Assembly (NCBI GenBank): GCA_002269645.1
Contig: NIVC01000105.1
Coordinates: 917,936 to 981,935 of the forward strand
Origin: Macrostomum lignano
Lineage: Eukaryota
Length of the DNA: 64,000 nt
Direction of reading: 5' to 3'
How positions within the stretch are numbered: position 1 is the stretch's first letter; each line of letters begins with the position of its first letter. The notes beneath the pieces were generated by a model. The model was not told the origin of the DNA. It saw only the letters and a list, made by a program, of their open reading frames with translations, and made no database searches. This document shows positions 1 to 12,729 of the stretch, one piece after another. The position numbers and the translations under genes are program-made.

Positions 1-58
1 TTGAAACTGCGTATATAAGAGGTTGTCAAGATTTCTTATCTAATTTCTTGTCTTTTAG

Positions 59-1924
59 GAGTAAAAAGAAACAGCAAATTGCATTGAGCATGATGCAGAA
101 GTTAATGAGAGCCTGCATCTCAAAGAATTTGCCGCCAGGCAATACTGGCAATGCGGACTTGCAATCCAACAACAATAACAACAACTGCAGTCACTATGGT
201 AATAACGGTGCCAAGCCGGGGTCCTCTTGCCGGCCTCAAGAACAGCCTGATGCAGAGGCCAGCTCTCCAGTTCAAACGCGTCGCAAGCATCAGCGCTGGC
301 ATCATAAAAGTTTGACTCTTAGTTTGATTCGGTCGCCCTGGAGACGCAGCAATGCGGATAACAATAACAAAGACTCGAAGAAGCAGGAACTGCAGTGCAA
401 CAGTAGCCAATCTGTGGCAGGCGACAGCAGCAGCTTCAGCCAATCATTGACAACTCGATCAGTCACTATGGACCATTTCCCTAATCCTGTGGCGCCATCT
501 GCCACGCAAGAGTCTGTCACGCCGACTTCTCCGGCATTGCCTTGTCAGCCTCTAGCTGAGCAAGATGCCCCAGTAGTGGAATCTACAGTTAGCAGCCGTG
601 GTGGCAGCTACCGGGATTATAAATCAACTAGGAACAGTTATATTAGCGAGCCAAGACAGCTGGGCAGCAGCTTCAATCCGGATAATTATCGCCGGCCAAA
701 CAACTTGCCATTGTTGAAGATGCATCAGCTGCAACTGTCGCAGCAGGCTGGTCGGAGTCGGGCAGTGCCCGCTGCAGCTGCTAGCAGGTGCGTGTTGTAC
801 TACTCGCTAGACAACGTTCGCATCAGTAGTATAGTTAGGATGTTTTAGTTTTTTATTAAAATAAGTTAAATATGAATAAATGTTATATGGTTGTTTCAGT
901 GTGTCAAAGGGAATTCCTCCCCTGTGTCGAAGGGAATTCCTTCTGTATCTAAGGGGATTCCGCCTCTGTATATAAAGTATTTCCTTCTGTCTATATAAAG
1001 GAATTCCTCCTTGGCATATAAGGGAATTCCTCCCCTGTATATAAGATAATTCCTCCATTTTTATAAGGGAATTCCTTTCCTATTATAAAGGAATTCCTCT
1101 CCTCTTTATAAGGGAATTCCTCCCCTGTATATAAGGAAATTACTCCCCTGTTTGAAGAATTTTCGCGTTGTCAATGGGAATTCTCCTGTATTTATAAAAA
1201 TTATCCGTTTTGAATGGATTTCCTGGCTCGATCTCGTTTCATTTAGAAAAATCTTCCCATGCCAATTTGGCGCTAAGTATTCTTTGTTTGACTTTCACCA
1301 ACCCCCCCCCCTTTCCGCAGCAGCAGTTGCAGTCCCACCGCCCCAGCCGCAGCAGCGCCGTCCAACTCGTCATTGCGCCGGCGTCGCTACGAATCCGGCG
1401 GCAGCGTCAGCGTCAACTCGGACGACCTGATGCTCGACACCGACGTTGGCAACCTGCTGGACGAAGAGGACCTGCTGTCCGAGCTGGGCACCCCCGCCGC
1501 CGAGGGTCCTCCCAGCGCCTTCCCTCCCGCAGCCGGTGCGGTCAGGACCAGCGGCAGTTTTCGTCGGACGGCGTCGCTCAGGCAGCGGCGCCAAGCGCTG
1601 CTGTCGTCTACGGCAATGTCGCACTCGATGACCTCGGCAACGCAGCAACGGCCAAGGTCGATATCGTCGCCGCCGCCGCCAGCTGATGACGCTGTGCTGG
1701 TGGGCGGGTCGGATCTGCGGCAGCTGGCTCAGGAGGCGGCGGCGATGAGGCTCGCGCTGCTGAGGCTGCGCCGCCAGCTCATGAACGACGAGCCCGTGTC
1801 GGATGCCGCCGGCTCGGGGGTGTGCGCTGCCTGCGGCCTGGACGCCAAGCGAGTTCGTCTGCTCGAGACTCGAGTAGCTGAGCTGCAAGCTGAGGCTGAC
1901 CGACTGCGGACTGCGGCGGAGTAG
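59..1924 (+). CDS. 3' part of a CCSER/FAM190-like coiled-coil serine-rich protein gene; exons 59-787 and 1321-1924(stop); earlier exons lie outside the window
   Basis: Acceptor tcttttAG ends at 58, donor AG|GTGCGT at 788 (phase 2), acceptor ctttccgcAG ends at 1320. The join AG+C=Ser keeps the frame into the 1373-1924 ORF. The motifs DDLMLD and LAQEAAAMRLALLRLRRQL plus a terminal heptad segment resemble, from memory, CCSER1 EDDLMLD and MLQDCTAVKTLLLKMKRVL. Confidence 0.55.
905..1150. repeat. Degenerate ~23-25 bp minisatellite (aagggaattcctcccctgtatat), intronic
   Basis: Repeated gggaattcctc core inside intron 788-1320. Confidence 0.75.
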
Positions 1925-2031
1925 AGCTGCGAGGATTTGGGAGATAATCTTGGAACTATTCTGCCTCCCCGAGGTCTTTGTTTTCTAATCCGATTATTCC
2001 AGAATCAGATTGTCATATTCCAAAAAATCTT

Positions 2032-2437
2032 AATCTTCAGATTCCTAGAAATCCCCAATCTTCAGATTCCTAGAAATCCCCAAATCTTCAGATTCCTAGA
2101 AATCCCCAATCTTCAGATTCCTAGAAATCCCCAATCTTCAGATTCTCAGAAATCCCCAAATCTTTAGATTCTTAGAAATCCCCAAATCTTTAGATTCTCA
2201 GAAATCACAAAATCTTCAGATTCTCAGAAATCCCCAAATCTTTAGATTCTCAGAAATCACAAAATCTTCAGATTCTCAGAAATCACAAAATCTTCAGATT
2301 CTCAGAAATCCCCAAATCTTCAGATTCTCAGAAATCCCCAAATCTTCAGATTCTCAGAAATCCCCAAATCTTCAGATTCTCAGAAATCCCCAAATCTTCA
2401 GATTCTCAGAAATCCCCAAATCTTCAGATACTCAGAA
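2032..2437. repeat. 26-27 bp minisatellite (aatcttcagattctcagaaatcccca)
   Basis: About 15 tandem units visible. Confidence 0.95.
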
Positions 2438-3097
2438 ATCGCAATTTCAACTCGCAGCAGTTCCTATTAGTCACAACATGTACTTTATATAAAGCCTATT
2501 TTTATCAAATTAAAGGTCACCTGCTATCTTAATTATACTTATTATGTATTTTCATACCAAAAATTTTAGTCAAGCCAAATGCAAGGCTTACATGGAGCAC
2601 AATACATCCATCTAATCTTAAATTATTCGTGTTTTTTGCATAAATTTTCTCTGCATGAATCTCTTTAATCAGATTTTGTTTATAGTTATTTTTAAGCATT
2701 TAACTTATTAACTCGCAGTTTCATTCTTATTTTCATTTGTATTCCACCTATTTATAAAATGCTATATTAGCACAACTGGACTGACTACTTATGGTAGAAT
2801 TGCATGCAAATCAAAATTGCGTGTGGTTGGCTTTGAACTATTGTTTACATTGCTCAAACAAATTGAGGAGATCAGATTTAATTTAAATCTCTTATCTATT
2901 AGTATTTACCTGGCTTGTTTACGCATGTGACCATGGTTTATAGAGCCTTGAGATAAAAGTCAGATCGCTGTTGGTCATTTATATCTATCAGCTTGCCTTG
3001 CCTTAAGCTTGCTTAACCCATTTTGTATTTATAGCGCGATTGAGATTCGCCACGTATAGATCAGTTCTTGGCTTTTAAGGGTGCTTTTTTCAGCTTC

Positions 3098-4211
3098 CGA
3101 TTCCTTAGGGCTGTTTTGGGGTGAGGGCGATTCCTTAGGGCTGTTCTGGGGTGAGGGCGATTCCTTAGGGCTGTTCTGGGGTGAGGGCGATTCCTTAGGG
3201 CTGTTCTGGGGTGAGGGCGATTCCTTAGGGCTGTTCTGGGGTGAGGGCGATTCCTTAGGGCTGTTCTGGGGTGAGGGCGATTCCTTAGGGATGTTCTGGG
3301 TGAGGGCGATTCCTTAGGGCTGTTCTGGGGTGAGGGCGATTCCTTAGGGCTGTTCTGGGGTGAGGGCGATTCCTTAGGGATGTTCTGGGGTGAGGGCGAT
3401 TCCTTAGGGCTGTTCTGGGTGAGGGCGATTCCTTAGGGCTGTTCTGGGGTGAGGGCGATTCCTTAGGGCTGTTTTGGGGTGAGGGCGATTCCTTAGGGCT
3501 GTTTTGGGGTGAGGGCGATTCCTTAGGGCTGTTCTGGGGTGAGGGCGATTCCTTAGGGCTGTTCTGGGGGTGAGGGCGATTCCTTAGGGCTGTTCTGGGG
3601 GTGAGGGCGATTTCTTAGGGCTGTTCTGGGGGTGAGGGCAATTCCTTAAGGCTGTTCTGGGGGGGGGGGTGAGGGCGATTTCTTAGAGCTGTTCTGGGGT
3701 GAGGGCGATTCCTTAGGGCTGTTCTGGGGTGAGGGCGATTCCTTAGGGCTGTTTTGGGGTGAGGGCGATTCCTTAGGGCTGTTCTGGGTGAGGGCGATTC
3801 CTTAGGGCTGTTCTGGGGTGAGGGCGATTCCTTAGGGATGTTCTGGGGTGAGGGCGATTCCTTAGGGCTGTTCTGGGGTGAGGGCGATTCCTTAGGGCTG
3901 TTCTGGGGTGAGGGCGATTCCTTAGGGCTGTTTTGGGGTGAGGGCGATTCCTTAGGGCTGTTTTGGGGTGAGGGCGATTCCTTAGGGCTGTTCTGGGGTG
4001 AGGGCGATTCCTTAGGGCTGTTCTGGGGTGAGGGCGATTCCTTAGGGCTGTTTTGGGGTAAGGGCGATTCCTTAGGGCTGTTCTGGGGTGAGGGCGATTC
4101 CTTAGGGCTGTTCTGGGGTGAGGGCGATTCCTTAGGGCTGTTTTGGGGTGAGGGCGATTCCTTAGGGCTGTTCTGGGGTGAAGGCGATTCCTTAGGGCTG
4201 TTTTGGGGTGA
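3098..4211. repeat. 30 bp minisatellite (cgattccttagggctgttctggggtgaggg)
   Basis: About 37 near-identical units; source of the GEGDSLGLFW ORFs. Confidence 0.97.
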
Positions 4212-4699
4212 TTAAGTTAAGGGTTTTGATAAAAAAACAGTCTTGATCCTTAGACGGCCTAGTCTTAGTTCTATATAGCTAATAGTATGCTAATAATGCT
4301 ATGCATGTTACCCATGCTTAATCGGTCGCTTAATAAACCTTTGTTGCTATTATATATGCCTTAAAACTGCTTCCATTATGCCTAATCTTCGTGCCCAAAC
4401 AAACCTGTTGTGACTAGTAAAGTATGCAGTTACTGTACGCAATATTTCCGTTGTTAAGAAAGTGCAATAATTATTTATGTCAATGATTGATTTATAACTT
4501 ATGGTAACGGTCAGTCGCGCACTTGTACGATATGATAACTGATTATAACACAGATATTCATATGCTATTGCAACACGTGCTGCAATATTATTGGCAAATT
4601 TATGTCAGGAAATGTTTTCTGCTCTTGTTTTGCAAGAAAAAAATATTCTTCAGCCAAGAAGATCTTTGTATTTTCGATTGTTCGTTTTTTAATGGAAGA

Positions 4700-5050
4700 T
4701 TCTACAGGGTGTGAGGGCGATTCTACAGATGGTGTGAGGGCGATTCTACAAATGGTGTGAGGGCGATTATACAGGGTGTGAGGGCGATTCTACAGATGGT
4801 GTGAGGGCGATTCTACAGATGGTGTGAGGGCGATTCTACAGATAGTGTGAGGGCGATTCTACAGATGGTGTGAGGGCGATTCTGCAGAGGGTGTGAGGGC
4901 GATTCTGCAGAAAGTGAGAGGCGATTCTACAAGGGTGTGAAGGCGATTCTATAGAAAGTGTGAGGGCGATATTCTACAGAGGGTGTAAGGGCGAGTTTTC
5001 AGTGGGTGTGAGGGCGATGTTACAGAGAATGATGGGGCTATTCTACAGAC
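4700..5050. repeat. 23-24 bp minisatellite (gtgtgagggcgattctacagatg)
   Basis: Tandem units decaying at the right edge. Confidence 0.9.
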
Positions 5051-5349
5051 TATAAGAATTCAGATTCTTACTGGAACGATTGTGGAGATACGTAGCTCTC
5101 CGTAAAACTACATGTATAACTCACTTGAGGCTATACGAAATAATTTTCATATTTCTTGAAACCGTGGATATCTAGAGTCGCTAAATTCCTTCCTTCCGCA
5201 GTCAAGAATTTCGCAGTGGATTGCCGCATTCTGTGTAATTGCTGCAATTTCTGCGATAGATATTCTCAGTATTTTAGACTTTGGCAAGAACGAGTGAGGG
5301 TTCATACGTGTGTGAACGTGATGGGTTTTTTACAAAAAAAAAACGTGAT

Positions 5350-5955
5350 GGGTGAGATGAATGAGAGCCTTCAGGATGAGAATCTTCAGGGTGAGATGAA
5401 TGAGAGTCTTCAGGGTGAGATGAATGATATTCTTCAGGGTGAGATGAATGAGAGTCTTCAGGGTGAGATGAATGATATTCTTCAGGGTGAGATAAATGAG
5501 AGTCTTCAGGGTGAGATAAATGAGAGTCTTCAGGGCGAGATGAATGATATTCTTCAGGGTGAGATAAATGAGAGTCTTCAGGGTGAGATGAATGATATTC
5601 TTCAGGGTGAGATGAATGATATTCTTCAGGGTGAGATGAATGATATTCTTCAGGGTGAGATGAATGAGAGTCTTCAGGGTGAGATGAATGAGAGTCTTCA
5701 GGGTGAGATGAATGAGAGTCTTCAGGGTAATATGAATGAGAGTCTTCAGGGTGAGATGAATGAGAGTCTTCAGGGTGAGATGAATGAAAGTCTTCAGGGT
5801 GAGATGAATGAGAGTCTTCAGGGTGAGATGAATGAGAGTCTTCAGGGTGAGATGAATGAGAGTCTTCAGGGTGAGATAAATGAGAGTCTTCAGGGTGAGA
5901 TGAATGAGAGTCCACGGGTGAGATGAATGAGAGTCCACTGGGGAGATGCATGAGA
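5350..5955. repeat. 24 bp minisatellite (cttcagggtgagatgaatgagagt)
   Basis: About 24 units; source of the GEMNESLQ ORF. Confidence 0.95.
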
Positions 5956-6360
5956 GTTGCTGATATCTCTATGCATCGGTAAATACACGCACACATGTCA
6001 TACAGGTAATCTGCGCGACTATAATATGCATGGCAGGCTCAGTAGCCCAAGCTGCTGCCCGAGAAAACAGGGGGGCCCAACGTGTCTTCTCGGGTTGCCG
6101 CCCATCCCCCCCCCCAACCCTGTGAAGCGATATGTGCCGGCCGAGAATAGAATAACCAAGCGCAAGCATCTGAGGAGATGGGAAGCGATTATAAATTATA
6201 ATTCAGAGCCGAGTCCAGCCATTGGACGGCAAGGTTCGAGAGCCGTGCGGTGGCTTAAATATACAGATGCATGCTTTTTAGCCCCCCCTGCTCACCTGCA
6301 CATGTTTAATTTGATTCCCATTTCCAACCGTGTGAGCCGTGTTGTTGTTGCTGGGAGAAC

Positions 6361-6527
6361 ATGTGGGGCCGCAATCAGAGCATTCGGTCTCAAGGCGGAG
6401 GCGGCGGATTCTATGGCCTGAACTCCAGCTCGGCTGGTTACAATCGGCGCAGTTTTGGCTCAGCTCTGGGGGGCCAGACGGTGACTTCCAGGTCTTCCTC
6501 GCTGCACCGGGCCAAGTCGGACTCCAG
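6361..6527 (+). CDS. Putative orphan coding exon (MWGRNQSIRSQGGGGGFYGLNSSSAGYNRRSFGSALGGQTVTSRSSSLHRAKSDS)
   Basis: GC-rich open frame from ATG 6361 to a strong donor CCAG|GTGAGG at 6528; below the ORF-track cutoff; no partner exon found. Confidence 0.35.
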
Positions 6528-6639
6528 GTGAGGGAACTGATCGAATTTGTGATTGACATTTTCATCTCGTGAATTGATGGTTAATCTGTGAACTCTAACC
6601 TAGCTGCCAATATTTATCTGTCCCATGAGTTCATTCTGA

Positions 6640-7070
6640 AAGTGTGAATGTTAGTTGACATGTATGAATGTGTGAATATATTCTGTGAATAGACAATGCA
6701 TGTGTGAATCAATTCCGTGAATAGATCATGAATGTGTGAACCAATTCTGTGAATAGATCATGAATGTGTGAACCAATTCTGTGAATAGATCATGAATGTG
6801 TTAATCTATTCCGTGATTAGATCATGAATGTGTTAATCTATTCCGTGATTAGATCATGAATGTGTGAATCAATTCCGTGAATAGTTAATGAATGTGTGAT
6901 TCAATTCCGTGGATAGATAATGAATGTGTGATTCAATTCCGTGGATAGATAATGAATGTGTGAATCTATTCTGTGAATAGATCATGAATGTGTGAATCCA
7001 TTCCGTGAGTATATCATGACTGTGTGAATCAGTTCTGTGAATAGATAATTAATGTGTGAAATGTGTGAAT
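6640..7070. repeat. Degenerate ~32 bp minisatellite (tgaatgtgtgaatcaattccgtgaatagatca)
   Basis: Tandem units visible. Confidence 0.85.
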
Positions 7071-7319
7071 TTTTTAGTTCATCCCGTGAATATATAAATT
7101 TAGTGACTGTGATTCCTCCTCTCTTGTCCAATTCAATAACAACTTCTTTGCTAAGCTTGTTTTTTATCAACTTTTCGTGTCTCCCCCGGTTGACAATACA
7201 AAAAAGTAAAAAAGCAGCTCATTAGGGAAAGAAAACTTGAAGCAGGCATTCCTGACTTGCTCGAATTTCAGGGCTTAAAGACGGCATCGGGAGCCACTCT
7301 CTCCTCCCCTTCTTTGCTA

Positions 7320-8090
7320 AGAGTAGCCTCTCCCCTCTCCTTTCTCTCTCCTCTCCCCTCTCCTCTCGCCTTCTCCTCTCCCCATCGATCACCTCTCTTA
7401 TCTCCTCTCTCCCTTCTCATTTCTCCTCTCTCTTCTGTCCCCTCTCCTCTCCCCTCTCCCCTCTCCTCTCCCCTCTCCCTCTCCTCTCCCCTCTCCCCTC
7501 TCCTCTCCCTCTCCTTTCCCCTCTCCCCTCTCCTCTCCTCTCCCCTCTCCCCTCTCCCCTCTCCTCTCCCCTCTCCTCTCCCCTCTCCTTTCCCCTCTCC
7601 TTTCCCCTCTCCTCTCCCTCTCCCCTCTCCTTTCCCTCTCCTTTCCCCTCTCCTTTCCCCTCTCCTCTCCCCTCTCCCCTCTCCTTTCCCCTCTCCTTTC
7701 CCCTCTCCTCTCCCCTCTCCCCTCCCCTCTCCTCTCCCCTCTCCCCTCCCCTCTCCTCTCCCCTCTCCTCTCCCCATTCCCCTCCCCTCTCCTCTCCCCT
7801 CTCCCCTCCCCTCTCCTCTCCCCTCTCCTCTCCCCACTCCCTCCCCTCTCCTCTCCCCTCTCCCCTCCCCTCTCCTCTCCCTCTCCTCTCCCCTCTCCTC
7901 TCCCCTCTCCTCTCCCCTCTCCTCTCCCCTCTCCTCTCCCCTCTCCTCTCCCCTCTCCTCTCCCGTCTCCCCCCTCCCCCCTCCCCTCCCCTCTCCTCCC
8001 CATCTCTAATCCCCTATCTCCCCTCTCCTCTCTTTCTCCTCTCTTCTCTGCCCTCTCCTTTCTCCATCTCCCCTCTCCCCTATCGTGTCT
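7320..8090. repeat. Polypyrimidine (CCTCT/CCCCTCT) low-complexity tract
   Basis: Almost pure C/T. Confidence 0.95.
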
Positions 8091-8774
8091 CTTTCATCTC
8101 ACTTACGTTTGATCTCCTTAGTATTTTATATTGCCGCTCCCGTTTGAACGTCTGTCTGTATCGATACGGTCAGGCAAGGCAGCAGATAAGCTTATTACCG
8201 AAATGGTGCGAATATTTACACGCAGTTAATAAGGCTGGCTGCATTTGCTTAAAAGTACAAAACTGGCTGCAAAGGAAGGCAGCAGGAAGCTGCACTCCGC
8301 TGGGCGTGTCTAAGAGAAGCTCAATGGAAAGTGGGCGAGCAATGCAGGCTCGTAGGCTGCAGCTTATGAGCTTAGCTGGATGCCTATTTGGCGGGAGTCT
8401 GCTTCTGCACAAGACGGCTTCCTCTTCGAAGAGTCATTTCCAGTCAATGAGCATTGAGAGAGACAGGGGGGGAGAGTTCGTCTGAGCTAGGCGCCTCTTG
8501 TGTGCTGGAGGAAAAACATTCAGAGATCTGGCACACAGGCAGGTAGCTAATCGAACGGGTTTCGAGCAGCAATAGACGGTCAGCTGTGATAGCTGCTTGC
8601 CCTAGCAACAGGATCAATTTCCCTTATCATGGAACTTTAGAAACGAACTCTACAGAAACTCTAAAAGATGAAGACACTGGTAACGGAAGTGCATCAGATG
8701 GTTAAGTGACTCTAGGTGGAGTTTTAGCAGACTGGGCTGAAAACGAAGGTGCAATAAAGGCAAGTATAGCCTAG

Positions 8775-9155
8775 GAGAGGGAATGGGTGACAGGGAAGAG
8801 GAAGAGAGGGGAGAGAGGGGAGAGAGGAAAGAGAGGGAGAGAGGGAAGAAGAGGAAAGAGGGGAGAGGGGGAGAGAGGGGAGAGAGGGAGAGAGGAGGAG
8901 AGGGGAGAGAGGGGAAAAGTTGGAGAGGGGAGAGAGGTCAGAGAGGGAGAGAGGGGAGAGAGGGAAGAGAGGGGAGACACGGAGAGAGGATAGAGGGGGA
9001 GAGAGGAGAGAGAGGGGAGAGAGCGGAGAGAGGGTGGAGAGGGGAAAAAGTTCGAGAGGGGAGAGAGGTCAGAGAGGGGCGAGAGGGAGAGAAGGGAGAA
9101 GAGGGAGAGGGGAGGGGAGAAGGGAGAGAGCGGAGAGAGGGGGAGGGGGAGAATG
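8775..9155. repeat. Polypurine (GA-rich) low-complexity tract
   Basis: Almost pure G/A. Confidence 0.95.
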
Positions 9156-9454
9156 AAGATTTGCAAGCAGAAACACTTCAAATTAGCGAGCAGGAAGGTT
9201 ATTTTGCGCTTTTTTTCAACCGCGAGTGTTCATGCGTAAGGATTTCTTTTCTCTATTCTTAAGTAGCAAAAAGCATTCATTTTCCTCTTTACTAATTAGG
9301 CCAACCTCGAGCAGCCGAGAGCTCTGCCGTGAGCACAAAGTGCTTGTAAATTAATGGCGTATTGAATAAAGCCTTCCTAAATTGTGCGCCACTGCCTTTT
9401 AATGGACTAATTCACTACTGTTCTCAGTAGCATTCACAGTAGTATTATCAGAGT

Positions 9455-9890
9455 ATCTCTGTGGCGCTAATCTGGGATTTCATTATGGCACCGATCTGGA
9501 ATCTCATTATGGCGCCGATCTGGGATTTCATTGTGGCGCTAATCTGGGATTTCATTATGGCACCGATCTGGGATTTCATTGTGGCACCGATCTGAGATTT
9601 CATTGTGGCGCCGATCTGGGATTTCATTGTGGCGCCGACCTGAGATTTCATTGTGGCGCCGACCTGGGATCTCATTATGGCGCCGACCTGGGATCTCAAT
9701 GTGGCGCCAATCTGGGATTTCATTGTGGCGCCGACCTGAGATTTCATTGTGGCGCCGATCTGAGATTTCATTGTGGCGCCGACCTGAGATCTCATTGTGG
9801 CGCCGACCTGAGATTTCATTGTGGCGCCGACCTGAGATTTCATTGTGGCGCCGACCTGGGATCTCATTGTGGCGCCGATCTGGGATGTCA
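9455..9890. repeat. 24 bp minisatellite (tgtggcgccgatctgggatttcat)
   Basis: About 18 units. Confidence 0.95.
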
Positions 9891-10289
9891 TTGGTATCTC
9901 AATTTGAGCCAATAATAATTATAATTTATCTGTGGCACAAAAGTACCAATGTGAATCGCCTCTGTAGAAGTGAAGAGGCCCGGCAAATACGATCACTGCG
10001 ATGGCAAGCCACTCAGAACCGCCACTTGCCATATTTGTTACTCAATGCAGTCTGTGCCATGCTATTATGGGGGCTGAGTGGCTGAAGATGAGATGTTTAT
10101 CAATGACCTGTTTATCACCCCCACTCCCATCGGATCATAGCTACTCTTGCATTTGAGTTATTTAGTCATCAGACTTTCTGCCTGAGTAGTTTATTTAATT
10201 GCATGAAACAACTAATGCCTTCTTAAGGTTGTCTCAATTTCCGTGATCCCATTAAATACGATTGCATCTTATATACTTTCGCTTCATCC

Positions 10290-11035
10290 TGCATGATCCC
10301 ATCCCTATCCTGCATGATCCCATCCCTACCCTATATGATCCCATCCCCATCCTATATGATCCCATCCCCATTCTATATGAACCCATCCCCATTCTATATG
10401 ATCCCGTCCCCATCCTATATGATCCCACTGCAACCTATATGATCCCACTGCAACCTATATGATCCCATTCTTATTCTATATGATCCCATCCCTATCGAAT
10501 ATGATCCCATCCTAATCCTATATGATCCCATCCCCATTCTATATGATCCCGTCCCCATCCTATATGATCCCACTGCAACCTATATGATCCCACTGCAACC
10601 TATATGATCCCATTCTTATTCTATATGATCCCATCCCTATCGAATATGATCCCATCCTAATCCTATATGATCCCATCCTCATCCTACATGATCCCATTCT
10701 CATCCTACATGATCCCATTCTCATCCTACATGATCCCATTCTCATCCTACATGATCCCATCCTCATCCTACATGATCCCATTTCCATCCTACATGATCCC
10801 ATCCTCATCCTACATGATCCCATTCTCATCCTACATGATCCCATCCTCATCCTACATGATCCCATTTCCATCCTACATGGTCCCTTTTCCATCTTATCTG
10901 ATCTCATCCCCATCCTACATGATCCCATCCTCATCCTACATGATCCCATCCTTATCTGATCTCCTTTTCCTTTTCCCATTTTGCATAATCCAACTCCAAT
11001 CCTTTTCTCCATGATGCCAAGCCTACATGATCCCA
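10290..11035. repeat. 21 bp minisatellite (ctatatgatcccatccccatc / ctacatgatcccatcctcatc)
   Basis: Tandem units with a gradual variant shift. Confidence 0.93.
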
Positions 11036-11679
11036 TCACACATTGATTTATTAAGCATCATCCTCTGACATGGCACTGTAGAAACTTTCACAGCCATAGT
11101 GGAGGGGCAGCCAAGTGTCCAGACTCGAAATTCACGGCCAAATCCCGGTATCAGTCGGACATCTTGAAACGCACTTCTGGCACAATGCACGAAAAGTGTG
11201 CATGCAAATGTACACATGCAGTTCCCTCGTAACCTCTTGCGCGGCTCCGCACCCACAGGGAAGGCAGGTAAGGTTGGACACTGTTTCACCAGCAAGCAAA
11301 AGCAGAGGCCGCAAGTCTGCTTTCGGCTTTCTTCCCCAATTTCCAAAAGCTGGTAAAGGGTCGCGTCCCACGCCAAGCCCTTTGCACCAGCGTGGCGAGC
11401 GAATAAAAGGCAGCGGCAACGAATCCCTGTCTTTAACAGCCACCTCTCTGCTGTCAAGGACCTCTGATTAGGGATGGCACCTGGACTGGAAGCCGAACAA
11501 TGCACGAAACTAACATCTTGGCTAAATAACTGCATCTGAGGCATCCAACTTTCTAAAAGTCCGTTGCTTGCATGATTTTAATGCATTTCTTGCGTTAAAT
11601 GGAAAATAATTCCTCAGCAACAAAATCCGTCTTACACAATTCCATTCCAATCCCATCCAACATCCCATTCATACATTAT

Positions 11680-12200
11680 CCCATCCTTCATGATGCCATC
11701 CTACATGATGCCATCCTACATGATGCCATCCTACATGATGCCATCCTACATGATCCCACCCTACATGATCCCATACTACTTGATCCTATCCTACATGATC
11801 CCATACTACTTGATCCTATCCTACATGATCCCACCCTACATGATCCCATACTACTTGATCCTATCCTACATGATCCCATACTACTTGATCCTATCCTACA
11901 TGATCCCACCCTACATGATCCCATACTACTTGATCCTATCCTACATGATCCCATACTACTTGATCCTATCCTACATGATCCCATCCTACATGATCCAATA
12001 CTACTTGATCCTATCCTACATGATCCCACCCTACATGATCCCATACTACTTGATCCTATCCTACATGATCCCATACTACTTGATCCTATCCTACATGATC
12101 CCATCCTACATGATCCAATACTACTTGATCCTATCCTACATGATCCCATTCTACATGATCCCATACTACTTGATCCTATCCTACATGATCCCATCCATAA
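11680..12200. repeat. 15 bp minisatellite (ctacatgatcccatc / ctacttgatcctatc), same core as 10290-11035
   Basis: Alternating 15-mer variants. Confidence 0.95.
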
Positions 12201-12729
12201 ATCCATAAATGCGGATGACTAAAAAATGACAAAATGCCGTGTGGTAGATCGAGTTTCTCCAATTCAAGTTAGCAAAGAACGGGATTTGCTACTTGCTTTA
12301 AACCCTCTTTAGTGTACAGTCCAGGTAAATCTAGAGATCCTTGTCGACTTCGCACGAAAGCCGGTTTTGGAGGCTGCTTCGGGGCGCACGGGGGTCTAAC
12401 CGAGACGAGGCAGACTTATAGGCGCATAAAATCACAAGGGAAGCGTGCGGTTCGTGCAGAGCCGTAGCATCCAGAGGCCTTGGCCAACTTACTGACGAAT
12501 AATTTTATCAAATAATTTAGTATCGCTAAGTATTTTGTTTAATCAGAGCCATCAAACCGAGGCGACTTGCAGCAGGGACTCAAGCATCCGGGGTGCTGTA
12601 GCTGACTAATTTTAACTGGCGATGCGACTTGCATTGCCGGGTCACTCGTCACTCTTTGGCAATGCTTTTGTAAGTTTACAGATGCTATTTCTAGCTTATT
12701 TTGTCTTTTTAATCAAATTGGTTGTGTCT

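Noticed and set aside
11094-11267. 174-nt coding exon between good-looking splice sites
   Set aside because: Stop codons in all three frames
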